From: an uncultured Acidobacteriota bacterium
GTDB lineage: Bacteria > Acidobacteriota > Vicinamibacteria > Vicinamibacterales > CAVVIG01
NCBI GenBank assembly: GCA_963792785.1
Contig: CAWBXO010000002.1
Coordinates: forward strand, 256,330 to 320,329
Length of the DNA: 64,000 nucleotides
Direction: 5' to 3'
Part shown: positions 1 through 8,978 of the stretch, piece after piece
Layout of the letters: each line of letters begins with the position of its first letter
Numbering within the stretch: the first letter of the stretch is position 1
Translations under genes and position numbers: made by a program
Notes under the pieces: generated by a model
Told to the model about the DNA's origin: nothing
What the model saw: only the letters and a program-made list of their open reading frames with translations
Database searches by the model: none

Positions 1-89
1 GAGGACCTGAACAGCCTCGACTTCAGTCGACCCGCGCTCTACCTCCATTACATAGGTCATGTTGTCCCTGTGTCGCAGCTTGAACGTGT

Positions 90-2375
90 TTAGCGACTTC
101 GAAGCAGTGGCCGGATGGCTCCCTTGAGGATGACGTCGGTGGATGCCCACGTCGGGGCCGGGGAACGTGCGATTGGTCGTTGAACGAGGGGCATCGTCGC
201 CGTGTCGCGCCAGCCTCGCCAGCCGCACTCCTGGCAGCGATAGGGCCGCTTCTGCGTCAGTTTCCTGCGCAGACGCTCAGGCCCGGTCCTCGTGTGAGAC
301 CGATTGAGCGCCATGGCCCCGCACGCCTGGCATGGCTGATTCGCGGCCTCGGGCCACGCGCTTCTCAAAGGGCTCCCGACCTCGAAGGGAGTCGCGACCG
401 TCTGGAAGCGCGTCGGGAGGCTGTCGAACACCTTCTCCAGTTGGGTGATCACGGCGAGCGCAACCGGAACTCTGGACGTGTCGGCGACCGCGGGACCGGC
501 TGCCGCGGGGACCAGTTCGGCGGCAGCCGCCGGCCGGGCCAGATCCGCCGCGAACTGCTCGACGTTGATCTGGATCCTCAGCAGCGTGACGCCGAGTCGC
601 TCGCACCGTGCACGCACGTCGGCCAGCCGCGGCCCGGCAATCTTGTCTGACGACACGATCACCGCCCGCGCGGCGAAACGCCGTACCGCCGTCTCTATCG
701 CGCGAACCGATCCGGCGACCGGCGCGCCGTTCACCAGCTTCCCCGCGAGGGCCGGATCGTCGTCGAGGAACGCGACCGGGTACAGCGCGGCGTTCACGTC
801 GGACGTCAATTCCCTGAACGCCCTGGCGCCCTTGCGCCCGGCGCCATAGATCAGGGCGCGAGTGCCCGGCTGTTTCGTGCGCCGCAGGGCCATGAGGACC
901 TGGTAGGACGCCCGGGATCCCGTCACGAGCATGAGCGCGACCAGGGCATAGATGCCGAAGAGGGAGACAAGCGATGGCGTCGCATCCGGCGCCATCACGA
1001 GGTGGACGGCGAGCCCGGCCAGCGCGGCGAGCGCCACCGCGCCGCACGCGCGCACGAAGTCCTTCGCGTCGGCGAGCCGCCAGCTCCCGCGATAGATGTT
1101 CAGCCTCCAGAACACCACGACGGTGATGGGCGCGAGGACCGCCACCATCGAAAATGCCGTGGTGCGGAACGTGGCGAGCCGCCAGTCGTCCGTCTTGAGC
1201 GCCACGGCGCCGTAGACGGCGAGGGCGACGATCAGCAGATCCACGAACACGACGAACATCGACCGCTTGACCACCGGCGCCTCGTAGAGGTGCAGGGCCG
1301 CGCCGTTGCGGAGGACGGCAAATTCCTCGTACTCCAGCCTCGCGACGCCGATGAACCCGGCCATGAGCAGCGCCAGGGCGAAGAGCGCCGCTTCGAGGGT
1401 GGTCATGAACATCGAAATGAACGCGCCGCAGGCAAGCAGGAGGCCGACGCCGTACAGAATGAAGACGGCGCGTTGATGGTTGATCCCGAGCGCCAGCAAC
1501 CGGTGGTGGAGGTGGTTCCGGTCGGCCTCGAACACGCCGCCGGCGCTCTTCTCATCCAGGCGTTTGAGGAATCGGCGGGCCATCGAGATCAACGTCTCCG
1601 CGATCGGGAGGCCGAGCACGAACACCGGCAGGAGGACGGCGAAACCGGCCGACAGCGTCGAGCCGCCGCTCACCGCCAACGCCGCGAGACAGAACCCGAC
1701 GGCCGTGGCCCCCGTGTCGCCGAGGAACATGCGGGCGGGGTGGAGGTTGTAGGGCAAAAAGCCCGCGAGCGCGCCCGCCACCACCAGGACCGCCGCCGCC
1801 ATGTTCGGCTGGCCGACCAGCAGGAACACGCCGCCAAGGCTGATTGACGAGATGAGCCCGAGGCCCGCCGACAGGCCATCGAGCCCGTCGACGATGTTGA
1901 AGGCGTTGGTCAGACCGACCATCCACACCACCGACAGCGGGAAGGCAAACAGGCCGAGTGGGATCGTCGCCCCGAAGAGGTGGACCTCCCGCGCGAGCGA
2001 GATGCCGAACCCGACGGCGATCACTGCGCCGAGGAGGTGCGCGATGAATTTTTCCCGGGCGCGAAGGGGCCGGATGTCGTCCCAGATGGACACGCCGAGA
2101 ACCGGCACGAGTCCGAGGGCGATGCCCAGGGAGAACCGCGTCGGCAGCGTCAATCCCGACGTCCACCTGATCCAGTAGTTCGCCCCGCCCACCAGGACGA
2201 TCGCGCCGACCACGGCCAGCCCTCCGAGCCGCGGAACTGGACGGCCGTGGAGCTTGCGCGGCCCGGGCTGGTCCATGGCCCCGACTCGACGCGCGAGGCG
2301 ACTTGCCAGCGGCGCCAGCGCGAAGCTGACGCCAGCCGCCAGGGCGGCCGGGATCAACAGGAGCGACAAATTCAT
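90..2375 (-). CDS. Fusion protein: MraY/WecA-family polyprenyl-phosphate HexNAc-1-phosphate transferase + extra TM segments + CoA_binding_3/CapD-N-like Rossmann module + C-terminal zinc ribbon (probable EPS priming enzyme)
   Basis: 761-aa ORF. WecA/MraY-type motifs are present: 'MDQPGPRKLHGRPVPRLGGLAV', 'NAFNIVDGLDGL', 'FLGDTGA'. A later 'ALIYGAGRKGARAF...VAFLDDDPALAGKLVNGAPVAG' resembles the nucleotide-binding module of WbaP/CapD-type proteins. The tail has CQAC...(about 24 aa)...CQEC. It is the last gene of the wza-wzc string, 1 nt after the wzc stop. Confidence 0.8.
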   Translation of the reverse strand: MNLSLLLIPAALAAGVSFALAPLASRLARRVGAMDQPGPRKLHGRPVPRLGGLAVVGAIVLVGGANYWIRWTSGLTLPTRFSLGIALGLVPVLGVSIWDDIRPLRAREKFIAHLLGAVIAVGFGISLAREVHLFGATIPLGLFAFPLSVVWMVGLTNAFNIVDGLDGLSAGLGLISSISLGGVFLLVGQPNMAAAVLVVAGALAGFLPYNLHPARMFLGDTGATAVGFCLAALAVSGGSTLSAGFAVLLPVFVLGLPIAETLISMARRFLKRLDEKSAGGVFEADRNHLHHRLLALGINHQRAVFILYGVGLLLACGAFISMFMTTLEAALFALALLMAGFIGVARLEYEEFAVLRNGAALHLYEAPVVKRSMFVVFVDLLIVALAVYGAVALKTDDWRLATFRTTAFSMVAVLAPITVVVFWRLNIYRGSWRLADAKDFVRACGAVALAALAGLAVHLVMAPDATPSLVSLFGIYALVALMLVTGSRASYQVLMALRRTKQPGTRALIYGAGRKGARAFRELTSDVNAALYPVAFLDDDPALAGKLVNGAPVAGSVRAIETAVRRFAARAVIVSSDKIAGPRLADVRARCERLGVTLLRIQINVEQFAADLARPAAAAELVPAAAGPAVADTSRVPVALAVITQLEKVFDSLPTRFQTVATPFEVGSPLRSAWPEAANQPCQACGAMALNRSHTRTGPERLRRKLTQKRPYRCQECGWRGWRDTATMPLVQRPIARSPAPTWASTDVILKGAIRPLLRSR

Positions 2376-2376
2376 T

Positions 2377-4698
2377 TCAGGACGCGTTCGTGCGAAGGTA
2401 GTAGCCGTCGCTCCGATAGTGCGGCGCGTAGTAGTAGCGATGCCGGTCGACGTCGACCCTGTTCAGGACGGCGCCGACAATCCGGCCGTTGACGGCTTGC
2501 AAGCGCTCCACGGCGAGCGCGGCGGCCTGTCGGCTCGCCATCTCGGCCCCGACCACCAGCACGACGCCTTGCGCGAACTGCGCCAGCACGGTGGCGTCAG
2601 TCACGGCGAGCACGGGGGGACAGTCGAGAATGATCCAGCGGATCCGCTCGCCGAGGTTCGTCAGCAGGTAGCGGAACCTCGGTGAGCCGAGCAATTCCGC
2701 CGGATTGGGAGGCAGGTACCCGGCCGGGAGCACCAGCAATCCCGGGATGCCGGTCTGGTGGATCACGGCCCTCGCCTTGGCGTTGCCGATCAGCAGGTTC
2801 GACAGGCCCGGCTCCTGCCTGACTCCGAACAGGCTGTGGACCCGGGGCCTGCGGAGGTCGGTGTCGATCAGCAGGACCTCCTCCCCGGTTTGGGCGATGC
2901 CCACCGCCAGGTTGCTCGCCGCAACCGTTTTGCCCTCTCCGGCGACGGTGCTCGTGACGACGATCGTATTGGGACCCGCATGGGCCGACGAGAACACGAC
3001 GTTCGTTCGAATGGTCCGGTATGCCTCGGAGAACGCCGGGGGCACGCCGTTGTTCATCAGCGGACGCGCGCCCAGAAGCTTCGGCGCAATGCGCGGCACC
3101 AGGCCAAGCATCGGCAGCCCGAGGTGGACCTTGATGTCGTCAGGCGTCTTGATCCGGTCGTCGAGCGACTCGAACGCCACCGCCAGGCCCACGGCCAGGA
3201 GACTGCCGCCCAGGAGGCCCACCAACAGGAGGAGCGGATTGTTCGGCCTGACGGGTGCGCGAGGCACCTCGGCGAGATCGACCAGGCGGATATTGCTGCT
3301 CTTCAGCTCGCTCGAGACACCGGTCTCCTTGGCACGCTGGAGAAGCCCATCGTAGAGCTGCCGGTTGCTCTCGGCGTCGCGCTTGAGCACGTTGCCGTCG
3401 ATTTCCCTGCCGTTCACGTCGAGCGCCACGCGTTTCTGGGCCTCGAGTGCCTCCCCGAGCCTCTGCTCCTGCGACTGCGCGGCGAGGTAGTCGTTTCGCA
3501 CCGCGCCGACGACCTTTTCGATCTCGACCTGCAGTTTCTCTTCCGCAGACCGGATGGCCGTCGTCACCTTGATCATGTCGGGATGCAGATCGCCGAGCTG
3601 GTCGGCGAGCTGCGCGCGCTGACGGCGCAGGTCGGCGAGCTGCGTCTTGAGCCCCTGGATGAAGGCGTTCTCCTGAATGGCCGGAAACGTGTCGAGCGCG
3701 GAGGGGTTGGCCTGGATGCCCTGCACCTGGCGATACCGGGCCTCCTTCTCAATCCGTTCGGTCTTGGCCCGGGTCACCGCCGCGCTGAGATCCGTCAGTC
3801 GCTGAACCACGATATTCTGGCGGTCCTCCATCGAGACGCCGTCGTTCTGTTCGCGCCATTTCTGAAACACCGCCTCGCTCTCGTCGAGCTTCTTGCGCTG
3901 CTCGGCGAGCTGTTCCTGCAGCCGCCCGGACGCCTCCTTCGAATCGGAGAGCTTGAACTCGAGGCTCTGCTCGATGTAGTTGCGGGCGTGGCTGTTGGCG
4001 ATGTCGGCAGCGAGCACGGGGTCCGGCAGTTGAAAGCGGAGATCGACGAGACGACTGCCTTTGACCGGCGACACGACCAGGCGCGCCAGGAATGCGTCGA
4101 TGGCCTGCGACTGCCGAAGCGTCTCGCCGACTCGACGCGAATCGGGCTGGTCCGCCGGCGCCGCCGGCGCCGCCGGCGTCGCGCGGGCCATCACCGAACG
4201 AATCGCCTGCCCGACCGCGCCGAACCCGCCGGAGGCGCCCGGCGTTGCGAACAACGGGTTGTCCCAGAGGTTCAGCGCCTCGAGCGTCCGCGCGGCCAGC
4301 GCGCGGCCCTCGAGCAACTTGTACTGGGTTTGATAGTACGTATCCGTCCCCTGGTCCTGGCCGGCCAGCGGCTCGAACGCGACGACGTTCTGGTTTTCGG
4401 CCTCGATCAACAGCCTCGCGCGGCTCTCGTAGATCCGCGTGGCGGTGAGCGCATACACACCCACGCTGGTCATCACGAGGACGAAGACAGTGGCGGCCGT
4501 CCAGCGTCGCCTGTACACCATCCGCACGTACCGGCGCAGGTCGACTTCCAGTTCCCGGTCGGCGTCGTCGGTCAGATTGCGCGCGCCGCGAGGCACGCCC
4601 GCGGCCGCATTCGCCGTGTGGTATCGCGGGTCCGGATCCGGGGACGTTTCACCTGCCGGCGGATCGAGAGGCTGGTCGAAATCGCGCTGCCCCAGCAT
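2377..4698 (-). CDS. Polysaccharide co-polymerase / BY-type tyrosine autokinase (Wzc/GumC/EpsG-like)
   Basis: 773-aa ORF. The N-terminal part is a Wzz-type chain-length-determinant region with a long coiled coil. The C-terminal part has P-loop 'VTSTVAGEGKTVAASNLA', 'LLIDTDLRRP' and 'IILDCPP'. The start codon shares 1 nt with the wza stop. Confidence 0.85.
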   Translation of the reverse strand: MLGQRDFDQPLDPPAGETSPDPDPRYHTANAAAGVPRGARNLTDDADRELEVDLRRYVRMVYRRRWTAATVFVLVMTSVGVYALTATRIYESRARLLIEAENQNVVAFEPLAGQDQGTDTYYQTQYKLLEGRALAARTLEALNLWDNPLFATPGASGGFGAVGQAIRSVMARATPAAPAAPADQPDSRRVGETLRQSQAIDAFLARLVVSPVKGSRLVDLRFQLPDPVLAADIANSHARNYIEQSLEFKLSDSKEASGRLQEQLAEQRKKLDESEAVFQKWREQNDGVSMEDRQNIVVQRLTDLSAAVTRAKTERIEKEARYRQVQGIQANPSALDTFPAIQENAFIQGLKTQLADLRRQRAQLADQLGDLHPDMIKVTTAIRSAEEKLQVEIEKVVGAVRNDYLAAQSQEQRLGEALEAQKRVALDVNGREIDGNVLKRDAESNRQLYDGLLQRAKETGVSSELKSSNIRLVDLAEVPRAPVRPNNPLLLLVGLLGGSLLAVGLAVAFESLDDRIKTPDDIKVHLGLPMLGLVPRIAPKLLGARPLMNNGVPPAFSEAYRTIRTNVVFSSAHAGPNTIVVTSTVAGEGKTVAASNLAVGIAQTGEEVLLIDTDLRRPRVHSLFGVRQEPGLSNLLIGNAKARAVIHQTGIPGLLVLPAGYLPPNPAELLGSPRFRYLLTNLGERIRWIILDCPPVLAVTDATVLAQFAQGVVLVVGAEMASRQAAALAVERLQAVNGRIVGAVLNRVDVDRHRYYYAPHYRSDGYYLRTNAS

Positions 4699-5534
4699 CA
4701 GAAGAACCTCCCGGGAACGATGATCGTGTCGCCTTCGGTCACGGGATCGTCCTCATTCACCTTGAGTTCCAGTTTCTTGCCATCGCTCACGCGGACGACA
4801 CGGGTCCGGTTCGCGGCTCCGCGGTCCGTGACGCCGCCGGCCAGGGAAAGCGCCTGCCGGACCGTCGTGTCGGCCTGAATCGGATACGCGCCCGGATTTC
4901 TGACCTGGCCGGAGACGTAGACGGTGCCCGCGCGGCGCACGAAGATCGTGTCCCCGTCGTGCAGGAGAATGCTTTGCAGCGCCGCGCCGGCCTGCAGGTC
5001 AGCGAGCTCGACGCGGACCACATCGGCCCCGGCCGTTTCGGTGCCGGTCGGCAGGCTCGGTGCGCCGGGCGCGTCACCGCCACCGTGCACGATGATGGCC
5101 TCCCTCCCGGCATGCTCCGTCGTCGACCCGGCGCGCGCGAGGGCTTCGATGAGCGTCATCTGGCCGGTGAGGAAATAGGCGCCAGGCGACCTGACCTCGC
5201 CGACGACAAACACTCGCTGGCTGCGGTACTCGTCCACCGCCACGATGACCTGTGGATCCTTCAGGTAGCCCTGTTTCAGCCGCTGCCGAATCGCCGCTTC
5301 GACCTCACGCAGGCTGAGGCCTCCGGCGGTGACACGTCCAATCAGCGGAAGCGTGAACGTGCCGTCTGCTTCGACGGCGAATTTTCCTGAAAGGCTCGGC
5401 TGGTCGAACACGGTCACGGCCAGCACGTCCTGCGGGCCGACCAGGTACGACGCGACAGGCTGCTGCGCCGAGGCCACGGCGCAGAACGGGAGGAGCAGAA
5501 GGACGGCGAACAAGGACAGGGATCTGGATGTCAT
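4698..5534 (-). CDS. Polysaccharide export outer-membrane protein (Wza-like, Poly_export + SLBB)
   Basis: Signal peptide 'MTSRSLSLFAVLLLLPFCAVASA'. Wza-type motifs 'YLVGPQDVLAVTVFDQPSLSG' and 'PLIGRVTAGGLSLREVE', followed by an SLBB-like repeat. I chose the ATG at 5534, which overlaps the upstream stop as ATGA; the longest ORF reaches 5585. Confidence 0.8.
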   Translation of the reverse strand: MTSRSLSLFAVLLLLPFCAVASAQQPVASYLVGPQDVLAVTVFDQPSLSGKFAVEADGTFTLPLIGRVTAGGLSLREVEAAIRQRLKQGYLKDPQVIVAVDEYRSQRVFVVGEVRSPGAYFLTGQMTLIEALARAGSTTEHAGREAIIVHGGGDAPGAPSLPTGTETAGADVVRVELADLQAGAALQSILLHDGDTIFVRRAGTVYVSGQVRNPGAYPIQADTTVRQALSLAGGVTDRGAANRTRVVRVSDGKKLELKVNEDDPVTEGDTIIVPGRFF

Positions 5535-5938
5535 GGCGTGGCCTCGCTGGGGAGTGCGGTGGCGGTCGGTGTCACGTCTTCCCACGTATCGACGTGCCCG
5601 TCGTGTGTGCTGGAGGTGCCCACCCGGGTCACGGTGCCGCTGGCGTCGTAGTACTCCCAGAGGTCGACGACGCCGTCGCCGTCTCGATCGACCTCTGTTC
5701 GGAGAATTCGCTCGCCGTCGAGGTAGCTCCAGGTGTCGAACCGGCCGTTGCCGTCGGCGTCGTAGATCAACAAGCGAAGGCGTCCAGTGTCGGGATTCAC
5801 GATGCGCCGTACACGCGGGTCGTCAGGAGTTCGCTCGCCATACGGACCGCTGATGCGGTAGGCAAGCATGCCGGACGCTGCCGCGGCGAGAAGACCCGAG
5901 ACGAGGATCGCCCGCTCAGCGACGTGCCGCCCTCGCAT
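5531..5938 (-). CDS. Hypothetical membrane-anchored protein with DxDGDG/DxDGNG Ca-binding-like repeats
   Basis: 135-aa ORF with one N-terminal hydrophobic helix. It contains 'DADGNGRFDTW', 'DRDGDGVVDLWEYYD' and 'THDGHVDTWE' repeats. It is translationally coupled to both neighbours. Confidence 0.45.
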   Translation of the reverse strand: MRGRHVAERAILVSGLLAAAASGMLAYRISGPYGERTPDDPRVRRIVNPDTGRLRLLIYDADGNGRFDTWSYLDGERILRTEVDRDGDGVVDLWEYYDASGTVTRVGTSSTHDGHVDTWEDVTPTATALPSEATP

Positions 5939-6160
5939 CTATCGATCCGGACTCGCCGGACACGCTCCCAGATGATCGCCGTGCGCCAGGTGCGCCGGCA
6001 CGGCGTTTTGGCTTACCGTGATCGTCTGCGCGTTGGCTGGATTGCCCGGCGGGAGGTGACAAATCGTCACGTCGGACTTCTCGGCCAGCATGGTGCCCGC
6101 GAACCACACCGTGGCCACGACGGCCAGCGCGATCAGCCCGATCCATAGTCGCCACTTCAT
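5939..6160 (-). CDS. Small secreted/anchored hypothetical protein (ICHxPPGNP...AHLxHGD motif)
   Basis: 73-aa ORF with an N-terminal TM/signal segment 'WIGLIALAVVATVWFAG', then 'ICHLPPGNPANAQTITVSQNAVPAHLAHGDHLGAC'. It sits directly upstream of the EPS export genes with no gap. Confidence 0.4.
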   Translation of the reverse strand: MKWRLWIGLIALAVVATVWFAGTMLAEKSDVTICHLPPGNPANAQTITVSQNAVPAHLAHGDHLGACPASPDR

Positions 6161-6510
6161 CAGTCCTCCTCCGAGCCAACCGTCGGCGGTCCCCGGCCTC
6201 GCAGTGCCCGTGGACCTCGCCCGGCCCGCCGCGAGTCTCAGCGACCGGCGCTCGGTAGAGCTCCGCCCTGTGACTTACAGTGGAAGACGACCGTCCGCGA
6301 CGGCCACGAACAGATGTGCCGATCGACCGGAGGTGTCTCGAAGATCGTGATTGTGTGCTCGCGGCGTGCCGCCGCCAATGAGGGCGGGCGCGAAAAATGA
6401 GGGGGAGACGGGATCCTATGGGAGAGAGTCAGGCATCACAGCCGATAGACTCATCTACAGCGGCATTTTGAACCCGCGCCACGAATGTTATAGGGCAGAG
6501 ATCCCACGGA

Positions 6511-7268
6511 TCACGACGCGCTCTTGATGCGGCCATTTCCTCGTGGCGACCGGATGGTCTCGGCACGGGCGAGCGGCGCCTTGATCAGGCCGTGCTGGAG
6601 CGCGCACATCGCCAACTCGAACCGGCTGTGCAGCTCGAGCTTGCGGAAGATCGACGTGAGGTGATTGCGGACCGTGGCCTCGCTGATGTGCAGGCGGTCG
6701 GCGATCGCCTCGTTCCCCAGGCCTTGCGCGACGACGGTGACGAGCTGGCGTTCGCGCAGCGTCAATTGCCCGAACTTCGCGGTCTCGAGGCGGTCGATCC
6801 CATCCCATGCGACAGATCGCCGAGCAGGCGCGCCGTCATGGAACGATCGAGCCATACTTCGCCCGCGCTCACCTTGCGAATCGCCTTCAGGAGCACCGTG
6901 GGGGTCTCGTCCTTCCGCACGAGACCTTTGGCGCCCGCCAGAAACACACTCGAGACGATCGCGGCGTCTGAGGCATTGGTCAGTGCGATGACGCGCGTCT
7001 TCCTCGCAAGGCGGGCGATCAACTTGGGCGTGAGATCGTGGTGCGCGGGATCGAGATCGACGAGCGTGACGTCGGGCTCGTGGACCGCCAGCAACGTGCC
7101 GGGATCTTCGAGCAGCTCGCCTTCACCAACGACCTCCAAGTCCGGCTCACCGTCGATCAACATGCGCAATCCGGCGCGCGTGATGCGGGCCTGTCCGAGC
7201 AGCGCGACATGAACGGCCCGCCCGGCCCGTGGCTCTCGCGGTGAACGTTTCAAGCGGGACAATTTCAT
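6511..7268 (-). pseudogene. NarL/FixJ-type response regulator (REC + LuxR HTH) interrupted by a single frameshift near 6815-6840
   Basis: The REC part lies in one frame ('...DVTLVDLD...VIALTN...GAKGLVRK...EVWLDRSMTARLLGDLS'). The LuxR HTH lies in another ('WDGIDRLETAKFGQLTLRERQLVTVVAQGLGNEAIADRLHISEATVRNHLTSIFRKLEL'). The two ORFs (6762..7454 and 6511..6855) overlap. Confidence 0.7.
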
Positions 7269-7890
7269 CGATTGCCACTTTATACCTAAGATCCGTCGCG
7301 TACGCGCCAGACATTTCTGTTGCGCTTTCGACGTAGGAGGCAGACTTATTACAAACGTGCGGGAAATCAATGGAGCGTAAGTGTAATGCGTCCGGCACGG
7401 TCGGTGCTGAGAATAGCATCGCCGATGGAGTTGAGCGTCATGTCGGCGAGGCATCGGTCGAATTTTGAGTGACCAGCAGGATCCATCTGTTCATATTTGC
7501 GTCGTGGTCGATGGCCGCGAGCGGCTCGCGGTACTCCTGTTCCCGTGCAAATCAAGGCCGATATGTTTGAGTATTGGGACCTCGCCGGGCTCACAGTGTT
7601 CAAAAGCGGACACGTTCGGACATTCTTCAAGCAACGGTGTGCACACCAACGCTTCCCTAGGCAAGGCGTGCACGTCGAACGGACGTCAACTGCGGGTCAC
7701 GGCGTCGGAAGACCCAGCCAATGGGCCGATCGTGGTCGAGATCGCGGCGGCGCTGAGGCAGCTAAGGTTATGGACACCACCTGCTGCTAGCGATTCCAGG
7801 GCTGGCGAATGATGGGGCAGAGACCAAGCGCGAATGCGCGGCGAGCGAATTCGCGCTGCGGCTCGGCGGTTGACCGTGCCCTCGGCAATC

Positions 7891-8901
7891 CTATTCGTCG
7901 ACAATCAACCTCGCCACGCCGAACACACGCCGCCCGGCGGTCTTCAGCACGACGCGGTACCGTCCGGGGGCGACCGACCCGGACGCGGGGTGCCAGGCGT
8001 CCCACACGCGGAAGCCGTCGGCATGCGCGGTGATGCTGACCTCGCGGGACACGCGGAGAAGTTCGCGGTCGCGCCACCACTCGAATTGTATGGTCGCCGG
8101 AAGAGCCGACGGCGCGAAGACCTGGACCACTACGTAGACCGATCCGCCGGCTTCGGCCGCCGTGACGCGATCGGGGAACGGCGTGGTCAATTCGAGGGTG
8201 CCGCTCTCGATTCCCGAGCCGAACGTGGCCCGCGCCAGCCTGAGCGGAACCGGCGGGATCAGTCCCGGCACACTCACCGGCACCGCCAGCATGACCACGC
8301 CGGCCGCCACGAGCCAGAGGCGTCCCCTCGATCCCTGTGGTGCGGTGCGGAACGCCAGCGGCGCCGCGACGCCGACCGCGATCAGCATCGCGGCCGGTGT
8401 GGCGAGTCGGGTCGGGAGTCCCACGAGGAGGGGAAGCAGCAGGTTGACGGCGGCGAACGCGACGATGGTGAAGAACGTCATCGCGAACACGGGCCGCGTG
8501 CGCACCCAACGGTCGAAGAGCAGGTCGATGCACGAGAGGACGGCCAGCACTCCCAGCAGCGCCAGAAAGAAGATGTTCGGTGACTGGATGACCGTGGAGT
8601 GCGCGTAGAACGGCAGCAGAAAGAACAGCGTCTCCTGGTACAACACGCGTGTGACGTAGGACGTGACCTCGTGCGCGAGCTTCGGTGGCCCGGCCACGTC
8701 CGCGGCAGCCCGACTGAAGAACAGCGTGGACGTCCAGAGCAGGGCCAGAAAGGCCACCACCCACACCACCAGGTAGTAGCGCTCCCGTGCGAGCCACACG
8801 ATGACGATGCCCGCGGTCAGCGCCCAGGCTGAATGCAGCATCCAGATCAGGGTCCGGTGACGACCCCAGAAGAGGCCTACGCGTTCATGCAGCGCCAGCA
8901 T
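7891..8901 (-). CDS. Multi-pass membrane protein with C-terminal soluble beta-rich domain (DUF2914-like)
   Basis: About 7 hydrophobic helices followed by 'GSVYVVVQVFAPSALPATIQFEWWRDRELL...GRYRVVLKTAGRRVFGVARLIV'. I chose the start at 'MLALHERVGLFWG' to avoid a 5' overlap with the divergent rsmH. The family call is from memory. Confidence 0.5.
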   Translation of the reverse strand: MLALHERVGLFWGRHRTLIWMLHSAWALTAGIVIVWLARERYYLVVWVVAFLALLWTSTLFFSRAAADVAGPPKLAHEVTSYVTRVLYQETLFFLLPFYAHSTVIQSPNIFFLALLGVLAVLSCIDLLFDRWVRTRPVFAMTFFTIVAFAAVNLLLPLLVGLPTRLATPAAMLIAVGVAAPLAFRTAPQGSRGRLWLVAAGVVMLAVPVSVPGLIPPVPLRLARATFGSGIESGTLELTTPFPDRVTAAEAGGSVYVVVQVFAPSALPATIQFEWWRDRELLRVSREVSITAHADGFRVWDAWHPASGSVAPGRYRVVLKTAGRRVFGVARLIVDE

Positions 8902-8978
8902 GCTCGAAGCCCGTATTGTCCCATCACGCGCGCGATCGCCAACGCGCAGACGCCGCGCGCGTGGGATGATACGGGGCC

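Noticed and set aside
2758-4878. 706-aa + strand ORF antisense to wzc/wza
   Set aside because: Its Arg/Gly/Pro/His-rich, low-complexity translation is typical of shadow ORFs in GC-rich DNA. The opposite strand encodes clearly recognisable Wzc and Wza proteins.
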